Below are positions 34,074 to 43,673 of a stretch of 64,000 nucleotides of DNA, one piece after another (position 1 is the first letter of the stretch; each line of letters starts with the position of its first letter). The stretch comes from a virus (Duplodnaviria > Caudoviricetes): the IMG/VR virus record IMGVR_UViG_3300006056_000001, positions 64,001-128,000 of that record, one strand, 5' to 3'. The notes below the pieces were generated by a model that searched no databases, was not told the origin of the DNA, and saw only the letters and a program-made list of their open reading frames with translations. Position numbers and translations under genes: made by a program.

Positions 34074-35652
34074 ATGAAAGCAGAATTCAAGTTTAGAGAA
34101 GGTACTCCAGACGCTGAGATATTAGATTTTTTCTATTTACACCTTACTCAATATTTTGATAATGGTTATACATTAGACCAATTAACAAAAAGACTTAAGA
34201 TTGATAAGAATATTTTAAATATTGAAATTACTATCAATGGTATTCCTATTAATACTAAACAAGCTATTATAGGATTACATAAAAGATATAACAATATGGT
34301 TAAAGACGGTATTAAAGAAGGACTAGATAATATTCTTTCTGGTAATGCCATGTTTGATAAAGTTAAAGACCAAATTCAAGAAATTGAGACTAAGCTCTCT
34401 TCTCTTAGTAATTGGTTAGATACAAACACTAAACCAATAAAATGAAAACACTAAAAGAATTACTTTCAGAAGTATTAGGCGATTCAGAAAGATTTGGATA
34501 CCTAATGCTTGCTTGTGTTATTACTGTAGCTATTATTCTTATTTTTGGTGCGGTAAATAATAATATTAATAACAATACCGAACAACTAAAGCTTAGAATA
34601 GAAATTCTTAAGCAAAATCCATTGGAAGAAAATACTATCATTGTCAATGGCGTTAAGTACAGAAAAGTAGAGTAGTAATATGAAATATATTGCCATAGAA
34701 TCTGTTAAAAATATTGATAATAAAAGGGCTAAGGCCCGTATTGAGTATGCATATCATGATTTAACTGATGATATGCAAACAATATTAGTTATTGAGCATT
34801 TAATCTTTGATATTATTATCCATGGTACTTATTATGAAGTAGCTGCATTAGAAAAAGGTCAAAGATCTGATAGAGATCAATTATTAATCATCTCTAAAGC
34901 ACAGCGGTTAATGGATGACTACAAAGAATAAGAATCCTAAGGTAACTCTTGACAACTTTATTAAGTATCTTAGACTTATGTTTAGAGTTGATTATTTAGG
35001 AAGGGGCAAATTCTTGATACCAGGAGACCCTAATGTTATTGTATTTAGTAACTCTAATAAAAACATCAAATGGTATACTACAAAAGAAAATATCCACGCC
35101 GGTGGTAGGATTAAACAAGGTAGTTATCCTATCTACCATCCAAAAGAAACTCTTGTCAAATTCTTGCTTACAAATAGAAGCAGAAAAGTACTCACGGAAT
35201 GAAAAAAACTTCTAATTGGTATATCTTATTTTTAACATTAACTGTTATTCTTATCGTATATATAGCAACTATTTCTATTCCTGCTGCATTTATGTTTGTA
35301 TTTTATGCAACAATTATGGAAAGAAACAGTGATCTATTAAAAACAAACACTGCTATTAGACAGGTTAATATTACTTTGTTAAAAGAAAATAGCGAAATGC
35401 TTAATAAACTAAAAGAAGCTGCTACTATTTTGGCACAAAGACAAGCAGAAAAACAACAGTCTAAAGATATTATTGTTCCATCTCCTAGATTTAAAGAACT
35501 ACCGGATGAATTACAAGACGGATCGTCCGATAATGGTTGATTGGAAAGAAATTTTCAATCTAGACATTGCATTATGGACACTATATGTAGCCATTTGCAT
35601 GTTTGTAATACTTTTTTGTATTACTTTAGCTCATAATAATTACGTAAACTAA

Positions 35653-36081
35653 ATGGATTTAAAAGAATCATTAAAAATAGCACTTGCTGATACTTTTGCT
35701 ATGTATTGGAAGGCCCACGAGTTCCATTGGAACGTAGTAGGTCCTAACTTCAGCGAATATCATTCTTTCTTTGGTGATTTATATGATGAACTTTGGGATG
35801 CATTAGATGTTATTGCTGAGCAAATTAGAATGCAAAAGACATTTATTCCTTCTTTAGAGAGACTATTATCTGTAAAGACTATTTCTGTATCTACTGGTCC
35901 TGTAGAGGCTTCTGTTATGATGAAGCAGCTATTACAAGATAATAAGAAAGTAATGGAATCATTACAATCAGCATATACTCTTGCTGAAGAAGCAGGTGAA
36001 TTTGCTTTATCAAATATTATACAAGATAGACTAAGCGCCCATGCTAAACATGGCTGGATGCTTGAATCATTTACTCAGTAA
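35653..36081 (+). CDS. dps: Dps/ferritin-like DNA-protection protein
   Basis: KAHEFHWNVVGPNF..YH..F..LY..L....D.IAEQIR; H.KHGWML. Confidence 0.92.
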   Translation: MDLKESLKIALADTFAMYWKAHEFHWNVVGPNFSEYHSFFGDLYDELWDALDVIAEQIRMQKTFIPSLERLLSVKTISVSTGPVEASVMMKQLLQDNKKVMESLQSAYTLAEEAGEFALSNIIQDRLSAHAKHGWMLESFTQ

Positions 36082-36089
36082 ATGAGCAT

Positions 36090-36175
36090 GCCGGTGTGGC
36101 GAAATGGCAGTTGCGCGAGATTTAGGTTCTCGTGTCCGTAAGGACGTGTGGGTTCAAGTCCCTCCATCGGCACCA
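36090..36175 (+). tRNA. tRNA-Leu(TAG)
   Basis: CGAGA-TTTAGGT-TCTCG; long V arm; CCA. Confidence 0.9.
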
Positions 36176-36232
36176 TTAACTAGAATAGTAATGTTCTAAA
36201 ACGTATAAGCTCAACTTGTTTCGGATAAGAAA

Positions 36233-37822
36233 ATGAATAAAAACCTTTTTAGCAATAAAACTCCTGGAAAGACTATCCCAGCTCCAAATACTGTTAATAA
36301 TGCTGGTGGACTTGCTTACTTAAGAGATGATGAATCTCAGTTAGCACAACTAGCTATTACAGGTTGCTTTGGAAATACTTACTATGTAAGTGCAGATAGC
36401 CAGCTAAAAGACGTTATTGCTTTAGCAAAGAAGTGCTCTCCTTTGTTTGTAGCACAAACGGCTATCTATGCTCGTAAGCAGGGCATGATGAAGGATATGC
36501 CGGCTGTATTAGCTGCTGTACTATCTACCAGAGATCTTCCTCTATTAAAGCAGATCTTCCCTGTTGTTATTGATAATGTTAAAATGTTACGTAACTTTGT
36601 ACAAGTTATTAGATCTGGCGTAGTAGGAAGAAAGAGCTTTGGTACTGCTCTAAAGAATCTGATACGTCAATATTTTAACAACAAGACGCCTGAGCAACTA
36701 TTTAAGCAGTCTCTTGGTACTTCTCCTTCCATTGGAGATATTATCAAGATGGTACATCCTAAGCCGAAGGATGAGGCTACTTCTATGACTTTTGCTTACT
36801 TAACTGGTAAGGAAGTCTTAGCTAAGGGCGCTCTACCCCAGCTATTACAGGATTACATGGCATTCCGTGAAGATCAGACTAAGGCTATGCCTAATCTGAA
36901 TTTCCAGTTCCTTTCTAGTCTACCTTTGACTAAGGAACAATGGACTCAGCTTTGTCTGACGTCTACATATAATACTTTACGTATGAACTTGAATACTTTT
37001 AATAGACATGGTGTATTTAAGGATAATACTGTAACTTCTAAGGTTATTGCCCGCTTGACTGATCCTAAGGAGATCAAGAAGAGCAAGGTAATGCCTTATC
37101 AGATTTATAGCGCATATAAGCATATTGATAGTGAATTGCCTCCTGGTATGGCTCAAGCTCTTGCCAAGGCTGCAGATATTTCCTTAGATAATATTCCTGA
37201 CTTACCTGCTAACTTGGTTATTGGTCTAGATACCAGTGGTAGTATGAGTTCTACTGTTACTGGTAATCGTGGAAGTGCTTCTTCCAAGATGAAGTATATT
37301 GATGTAGCTGCCTTGATGGCAGCAGCTATTGTGTCTAAGTGTCCAACTGCTACTGTTATTCCTTTTGATACTCGTTATCATAAAGGATTTAAGATGAAGG
37401 GTAGTATCGTAGATACTGCTGAAGCTTTATCTAAGTTTGGTGGCGGTGGTACTGAATGTTCTATTCCTATTCAAGAAGCAGCTAAGATGTCTAATGTAGA
37501 TGCTATTATAATTATCTCTGATAATGAGAGCTGGGCTTCTACTGCTCGCGACTCCATGACTGAATGGAGAAAGGTACAGAAGAAGAATCCTAATGCTAAG
37601 TTAATTAATATTGATATATCACCCTCACACTCTACCCAAACAAAGGATGAGCAAAATATTATAAATATTGGTGGATTTTCTGACTCTGTATTTAATGTTA
37701 TCTCTAACTATTTAAGTGGATCCATTGATCAGTGGATTGAAATTATTGAGAAAATCGATATTAGTAATACTCCTGTGACTACTACGTCTGTAGAGACGTC
37801 TGTAGAAAATACAGAAGAGTAA
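36233..37822 (+). CDS. rsr: Ro60/Rsr TROVE-domain RNA-binding protein with vWA domain
   Basis: N-terminal VNNAGGLAY and G.FGNTYY; LRMNLNTF; MIDAS DTSGSM; GGGT; IIISDNESW. Confidence 0.92.
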   Translation: MNKNLFSNKTPGKTIPAPNTVNNAGGLAYLRDDESQLAQLAITGCFGNTYYVSADSQLKDVIALAKKCSPLFVAQTAIYARKQGMMKDMPAVLAAVLSTRDLPLLKQIFPVVIDNVKMLRNFVQVIRSGVVGRKSFGTALKNLIRQYFNNKTPEQLFKQSLGTSPSIGDIIKMVHPKPKDEATSMTFAYLTGKEVLAKGALPQLLQDYMAFREDQTKAMPNLNFQFLSSLPLTKEQWTQLCLTSTYNTLRMNLNTFNRHGVFKDNTVTSKVIARLTDPKEIKKSKVMPYQIYSAYKHIDSELPPGMAQALAKAADISLDNIPDLPANLVIGLDTSGSMSSTVTGNRGSASSKMKYIDVAALMAAAIVSKCPTATVIPFDTRYHKGFKMKGSIVDTAEALSKFGGGGTECSIPIQEAAKMSNVDAIIIISDNESWASTARDSMTEWRKVQKKNPNAKLINIDISPSHSTQTKDEQNIINIGGFSDSVFNVISNYLSGSIDQWIEIIEKIDISNTPVTTTSVETSVENTEE

Positions 37823-37829
37823 CACATCT

Positions 37830-37919
37830 TGGTGAATGCAGAGTAGGATTACATTGTAACCATAATAACAAGCGGCCTTAGAAAGGCCGTTAAAACGGTC
37901 TTACTCACTTTTGTCACCA
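37830..37919 (+). ncRNA. Y RNA-like unit 1 (hairpin module)
   Basis: TGGTGA/TCACCA, GAATGC, GAGTAGGATT/GGTCTTACTC; module CGGCCT/AGGCCG hairpin. Confidence 0.75.
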
Positions 37920-37931
37920 TTTCATTATTCT

Positions 37932-37997
37932 AGCGGATGCTGACAGGACTACATTACTTGCTTTGTAAACATAGTGTCTTGTTAATAACTTGCCGCT
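37932..37997 (+). ncRNA. Y RNA-like unit 2 (minimal)
   Basis: AGCGG/CCGCT, GGATGC, TGACAGGAC/GTCTTGTTA, short loop. Confidence 0.7.
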
Positions 37998-38004
37998 TTA
38001 TTCT

Positions 38005-38132
38005 TGACGAATGCTCGAAGGGTTTACATTCATACGGAGAACGTGGACCAGGTGCGATTCCTGGAACCCCGACCATCGGGGTCATGGTGTAACAGTAGCA
38101 CACGAAAATAGACTCTTCAATTCTTGTCGTCA
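38005..38132 (+). ncRNA. Y RNA-like unit 3 (YrlA-type permuted tRNA domain)
   Basis: TGACGA/TCGTCA, GAATGC; T-arm CCAGG/CCTGG, acceptor hairpin ACCCCGA-CCA-TCGGGGT, D-arm. Confidence 0.85.
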
Positions 38133-38141
38133 TTTCTTTAT

Positions 38142-38275
38142 TGATCGAATGCTCTAAGGGATTACAATTCACTGTTAATGAAAAGGTCGTTGGTTCGAGT
38201 CCAACCCACCCCGCCAATGGGGTGGTAGCTCAGTTGGTAGAGCGTTAAAATAGTCTCTTAAATTTTTGTCGATCA
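38142..38275 (+). ncRNA. Y RNA-like unit 4 containing a complete permuted tRNA-Asn(GTT)
   Basis: TGATCGA/TCGATCA; TTCA-CTGTTAA-TGAA, T-arm, CCACCCC-GCCA-AT-GGGGTGG, TAGCTCAGTTGGTAGAGC. Confidence 0.85.
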
Positions 38276-38284
38276 TATTTTTCT

Positions 38285-38418
38285 ATAAGTGAATGCCTGA
38301 AAGGAATTACATTTTTTTTGAACAAAGAGGGACTGGGTTCGAATCCCAGCTTAGCTCGAAAGAGCTATGTGTTGTAATGGTAGCACTAAAACAATTTCTT
38401 TCGATTCTTGTCACTTAT
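38285..38418 (+). ncRNA. Y RNA-like unit 5 (YrlA-type)
   Basis: ATAAGTGA/TCACTTAT, GAATGC; T-arm CTGGG-TTCGAAT-CCCAG; TAGCTC-GAAA-GAGCTA; D-arm. Confidence 0.85.
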
Positions 38419-38424
38419 TTTCCT

Positions 38425-38547
38425 TCCGAATGCAGTTAGGACTACAATAACACTCTGGTGGTCAGAGGTTCAATTCCTCTAGTCCGCGAAAGCGGGCATA
38501 GCTCAGTGGTAGAGCACCAGATAAAGGTCTTAACAAATATCGTCGGA
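38425..38547 (+). ncRNA. Y RNA-like unit 6 (canonical YrlA-type)
   Basis: TCCGA/TCGGA, GAATGC; TCTGGTG/CACCAGA; T-arm AGAGG/CCTCT; GTCCGC-GAAA-GCGGGC; TAGCTCAGTGGTAGAGC. Confidence 0.88.
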
Positions 38548-39130
38548 TTTTCTTTTTAGAATAACAAAATGATAGAATTCTTCACAGGACTGATTCTTGG
38601 ATTAGGATGGTGGTGGATTCCTATCCTTTCATTAGGCTCTATTATTCTAGATAGAACTGAACATTATTTTTGGTCATTAGTAACTACTATTCTTATCTTT
38701 GTTTCTTGTTTAGTATTACTTAATCTTTCTTGGCAGTATATATTTTATATTGCTATTTTTTACATTCCAGTAGGATTTTTATGGTCCTTCTGGAGATGGT
38801 ATCAAAATTGTAAGAAAGTAATTAACGAAATAGAAGATAAATATAATAGTAATTATATTCCTAGTAATTATACACTAGACAACTTAGAAGATAAGGTTGC
38901 AATTCATCTTAACTTACATAGAATTACTGGGTGGGTATTATCCTGGCCAGTAAGTATTTTCTGTTATTTACTTGAAGATGTACTAGTATCTATTGAAAAA
39001 ACTATTAGAAATATATCTAAGTATACATATACAAAATGGTCTGATGAAGCTGTCTCTAAAATTAGAGATATTAAAAATAAAAAAGAATCTAAAGACTTAG
39101 AAGATTACAGTTAAGTATATTGATCTTTAA

Positions 39131-39207
39131 CCCCAGGTAGCTCAGTTGGTTAGAGTTTTCGTCTGATAAGCGAAGGGTCGGAGGTTCGAGTCCTCCCCTG
39201 GGGACCA
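39131..39207 (+). tRNA. tRNA-Ile(GAT)
   Basis: TTCGT-CTGATAA-GCGAA; CCA. Confidence 0.9.
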
Positions 39208-39210
39208 CAT

Positions 39211-39286
39211 GGGGTCGTAGTTCAATTGGCAGAACATTGGCTTTGCAAGTCAAGGGTTGAGGGTTCAAGTCCCTCCGATTCCACCA
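39211..39286 (+). tRNA. tRNA-Ala(TGC)
   Basis: TTGGC-TTTGCAA-GTCAA; G3:U70; CCA. Confidence 0.92.
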
Positions 39287-39302
39287 ACTTACAGCAAAAA
39301 AA

Positions 39303-39803
39303 ATGAAAACCAACGGATACAGTCTTCAACTTAAGATCAAAGATCTCAAGAATGAAGTAGAGTCATATTCTATTCAGTTCGCCAACGGCAGCACCAAGTT
39401 TTCTGATGAAGAGAAGCTTGGTGTCAAAGAAGCTTATGATGCTTTTGCCAAGGCTGAAAAAGAGCTAGCTAGGCTACAGACCGCCCAAACTCTCTACAAT
39501 CTCCAGGTCAAGGTCGTTGTTCTAAACGAACGTATGACCCTCTGTGAGGCTATTAAGAGGGTTGGTGGAGCAGGTCGTGCTGAAGCTATGTGGAAGGGCC
39601 TTGTAGCTCCCAAGAAGGATCGCTACATGCGTGATGAGACTGCCGTCCGAGAGGAAGGTAAGTCCTATGCTCCCAAGACCTACACTGTTGCAGAAGCTCA
39701 GGCCCAGCTTAGAGCTAGTGCAACTTATGCTTCGTCTCTCAGAGCTGCCATTCAAGAGGCTAATGGCACTGTAATCGAAATTCCAGACGCAGAGCTGGCG
39801 TAA
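39303..39803 (+). CDS. DIP1984-like coiled-coil protein
   Basis: Helical hairpins with MTLCEAIK and LRAAIQEAN motifs recalled from the DIP1984 family; not verified by search. Confidence 0.5.
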   Translation: MKTNGYSLQLKIKDLKNEVESYSIQFANGSTKFSDEEKLGVKEAYDAFAKAEKELARLQTAQTLYNLQVKVVVLNERMTLCEAIKRVGGAGRAEAMWKGLVAPKKDRYMRDETAVREEGKSYAPKTYTVAEAQAQLRASATYASSLRAAIQEANGTVIEIPDAELA

Positions 39804-39824
39804 TAGCCGGCCTTGTGACTAGAT

Positions 39825-40186
39825 AAGTCAGGTGATTACTAATCGCATACCTTAATTGGTACGGAAAAGATATTAGTTTCGCTACCTTTCTAATTCCTTA
39901 CACGGCCTAATAAGGGTGACACCATCTAAATAGGCTGCAGGGCTAAGTAACAGTAGCATTTACTTATCAAGAATTTCCTTTGTCCTATTACCTGACTTCC
40001 ATGTGATTGTACAGTTTAGGGTAAGTAAATCAGTAGAAATACTGATCTAAAGCGCCTAAATAATATTAAAATTAGTAATCAAGTAGATACTAAGTTCTTA
40101 TTGGTCCCTAGGTTTTCTAAAAAGGGAACAAACCTAAGTAACAAACTTGATGCTAGTATCCTTCTTAATTCTATTTACAATCACAT
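39825..40186 (+). ncRNA. Two tandem homologous structured RNA units (39825-39998, 40001-40186)
   Basis: 12-bp and 11-bp closing helices; shared TCTAAA-N12-CTAAGTAACA. Confidence 0.65.
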
Positions 40187-40189
40187 ATA

Positions 40190-40317
40190 TGTAAGGTTGC
40201 CCGAGTGGCCGAAGGGAACAATCAAGCTTAAGTGAAATATTAATTATCTTTGTCTCCTGTGTAGCTTGACTGTTTGTACACGACACGTCGTAGGTTCGAA
40301 TCCTACACCTTGCATCC
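40190..40317 (+). ncRNA. tRNA-like RNA with extended anticodon arm (possible intron)
   Basis: TGTAAGGT/ACCTTGCA, class-II D-arm CCCGAGTGGCCGAAGGG, 12-bp stem with 34-nt loop, canonical T-arm. Confidence 0.6.
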
Positions 40318-40996
40318 TTTTTCATATGCTAATAGCACCTTCTAACGGAATCCCTGGGTTTAAACAAAACAAGTTTTCTATTACAGATCACATCTGTAGA
40401 GAATGCTCTAAGAGAATATTACAATACTTAGGCCCCGCTGTTACTGGCGGTGGTAATCCTCTATTTGTTTGCTCTGGCTGTGAAAAAGCTGGCGCTTCTA
40501 TGGGTCCTCATCCTCTGTGCTGGTGTGGTCAAAAATATGATGGACACACCAATAAGCAGATATACATGTGCTACCGGATTCCTGACAAATCTTCTGCACT
40601 TCCTTCGGAGGTTCGTGCATTGGGTTCAATGGGATTCTCTGTATCTGGTAACCTCAAAGTAGGTGTTATTTTAGTAGAAGACTATATGAATAGTATTAGT
40701 CCAGAAAGAAACGCACTTAAAAAGCCATGAGTCCTCAAACAAAGAAAGTTCTCTCTGCTGTTCTTATTCCATTTCTTATTGGTCTTTTAATTTCTATATT
40801 TATTATGTGGACAGCTAATGTTAATTCTTCTCATAAGGATGCATATAAACTTAATTGGGAAAAGATTGTAGATTCTAATGGATATGTAACTCCTATCTAT
40901 CGTGCTCGTATTTATGGAGGCTGGCTAGTAAAAAGCTATAGTGGTATGATTTTTATTAGTTTAAACCATCCAGAAAACTGGATTCTAGAAAAGTAA

Positions 40997-41074
40997 GTCT
41001 CCTTAGCTCAGTAGGATTAGAGCACTTTTTTTCTAAAAAAGCGGTCCCAGGTTCAAGCCCTGGAGGAGATACCA
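40997..41074 (+). tRNA. tRNA-Arg(TCT)
   Basis: CTTTT-TTTCTAA-AAAAG; CCA. Confidence 0.88.
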
Positions 41075-42189
41075 ATGGATTGTCCAGTTAAAACAAACTA
41101 TTCTACTTTTACAAAAGCTATAGAATATTTTACCATAATTATTTGTATTACTTTTATAGCTTTTAGCTTATATATTACTTTATATTATGGTTAATACAGA
41201 AACTTGGCATCTAGAAGAACAAGTTAAGCAACTTGTAAAGCAATTAGACGCCGCTAATACTTCTTTATCTACTAGATTTCATATTGACTTAGATAAGTTT
41301 GATATATTTATTGAACTACTATCTAAAGTAGATAACAAAGACGCCCTTAGACAACTTCTACTTTCTTGTTCATTTCCTTTAGATCAAAGAGAAATGGCTA
41401 AGAAAGTTTGTAAGCTACTAGATGAAATAAAATGATCAAAAGACTTTTTAATGTAATAGGAGTTATATTGTGTATTTGTCTACTTCCATTTTGGATGTTT
41501 TTATCTATTTTTGTAGAATGTTTAGCTGTCTTAGCATCAATATTTCAATACATTATTACAGGAAGTGATATATCTGATGACACAGATAAATCTGCTTGGG
41601 CATATAAAATAAGAAAATGTTCATGTTTTAGTATAATGAAATGAAAAAACAAACTTTTCCACGACCATTACCTCCTCCTAATGAAACTATCGGAGGTATT
41701 TCAAAGTTTGAATCAAATCTTTGGTTCGTAGGTATTGTTTTAGCTTTTATTGCTTTTATTATTGCTTCTGCACTAGGATTTGGTCATAAAAAATGAATGC
41801 AGTAGACAACATCCCAATCAATGCGTTCTTCCACGCAATTATGCTTATGACCTTAAAGGTTGTATCTGATACTTTATTTAAAGCCCCAAATATTCCTTAT
41901 TTCCTTTGTATTATTGTATATTTTTTGATCATTATGTATACTCAAGAAATTAGAAAGAAAGAAAAAGACGATCAAAAAGAAGATATAGACTATAATGCAT
42001 CAGATAATGGAGTAGATGTATCAGAATACATTGGAAAAACTCCATCTCAAGTAAAAAAGTCTAAAAACAAATGAATTACTTAATTTGTACTTTTTATATT
42101 GTTGTACTTTGTCATTGGATTTATGTTACTAATAAACATGCTTATAAATTTGCTAATAAGAAATATAATGAATGGTTTAGGAGAAAAAA

Positions 42190-43056
42190 ATGAGAACCAT
42201 CTACCTTAATGTAGAACATAATCGTCCACCAGACTTTAAGGTATGGACCTTCCCCGGTGGGGAAGTAGGTGTAGAACAACTAACGCCTATCTATGATGTA
42301 AAGCAGTCTCAGATGGTCGCTAGGTTGTCTAGCAGCAACGATCTCATTGCCTTGGTCCTTGCCACTGATTCTATTAAAAGAAGCGCTCTAGCGCTTCCTG
42401 AGACGCTTATCGTGCCTTATCTCCCTTACGGGAGACAGGACCGGGTGACCGAGGCTGGTGGTGCATTCTCACTTCAAGCTATTGGTCAAATTATTGATAA
42501 TTTAGGTTATAAGATTATTAAAACTGTTGATCCTCACAGCTACGTCTCACAAGCTGTATTCAATAAGTCACAATTAATCTCTGTAGATACTACATATCTA
42601 CTTAACAATATTATTGACAAAGATACTGTATTATTGGCCCCGGATCTTGGTGCTCATAAAAGAGTATCAGCGGCGGCCCATCAATATTCTGTAGAGCACA
42701 TGGCTTGCATTAAGGAACGCCGTGGCTCTGATGTAATTATTACTCCTCCTACTGAGGAGCAGTTAATGAAATACAAAAAGATTCTTATTTATGATGACAT
42801 TTGTGATGGCGGCGCTACCTTTGTAAGTGTTGCCAATGCTATTAATAGAGTATTAAAGAAACAAGTTAACAAGCCACAACTACAGTTATTTGTTACACAT
42901 GGTATTTTCTCTAAAGCATTAACGCCGTTCAATAATTTATTTAGTCATATTTATACTACCAATACTTGGCAAGAATTTGGCCAATCCTGGTTTAATTGGA
43001 ATGTTGGAAAGTTCCAAGTATTTCCTATTTTTGATGATTTAGTAAGTCACATTTAA
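42190..43056 (+). CDS. Ribose-phosphate pyrophosphokinase-like (probable Adps of the NARP1 pathway)
   Basis: FPGGE, PYLPYGRQDR, DPHS, APDLGA, YDDICDGGATF, VTHGIFS. Confidence 0.9.
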   Translation: MRTIYLNVEHNRPPDFKVWTFPGGEVGVEQLTPIYDVKQSQMVARLSSSNDLIALVLATDSIKRSALALPETLIVPYLPYGRQDRVTEAGGAFSLQAIGQIIDNLGYKIIKTVDPHSYVSQAVFNKSQLISVDTTYLLNNIIDKDTVLLAPDLGAHKRVSAAAHQYSVEHMACIKERRGSDVIITPPTEEQLMKYKKILIYDDICDGGATFVSVANAINRVLKKQVNKPQLQLFVTHGIFSKALTPFNNLFSHIYTTNTWQEFGQSWFNWNVGKFQVFPIFDDLVSHI

Positions 43057-43673
43057 ATAATATGAAAAAGTTTACAGTAAGACGTTCTAAGTGGCGACGA
43101 GGCGGTTCACGTCATTCAGAAATAAATAAAGGATTTACATATCTTTTAAATCCTCAAGGATATATGTGTTGTCTTGGATTTGCATGTAATCAGATTTGTA
43201 AAATCCCTAAGAAAAACCTTTTAAATATAGCATTTCCTTGGGAAATAGCTAATCCAAAAACTACTTTTGTTGATTCTGAAGGCAATAGCCCTGATTTTGT
43301 TAAGAAAGCTGTAAGAATTAATGATAGTTCATCTATTTCTGATACAGTAAGAGAAGCACGCCTTACAAAGTTGTTTGCAGACAACGGCATTAAGGTAACT
43401 TTTAAAGAATAACATGAAAATCGAATTCGTTCCATCCGGGCCAAAACCTAGAACTCTTTATGATATTCCTCCTAATACATTTGTAAAGATTCTATCATCA
43501 AAAAATATTTATGTAATAGCAGATTTAATTCCTTTTAAAAATTCTGAAAAACCTGCTATCGGTATTAATAATAATAGTAATAAATTATCAATTACTGTTA
43601 ATTTAGATACAACTATGGAAGAACATAAAGATTTTGAAGTACTAGGTGAATTAAAAATTACTTTGTCATAAAC

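Noticed and set aside
37954-38217. ORFs overlapping RNA genes (37954-, 39089-, 45694-, 54368-, and 5' extensions of 34011, 56780, 58671, 61124)
   Set aside because: Translations of tRNA/Y-RNA sequence; true starts lie downstream or the ORFs are spurious
37830-38547. CRISPR array
   Set aside because: Units share covarying structure rather than identical repeats, lengths vary from 66 to 134 nt, and no cas genes are present; the Y-RNA interpretation fits better
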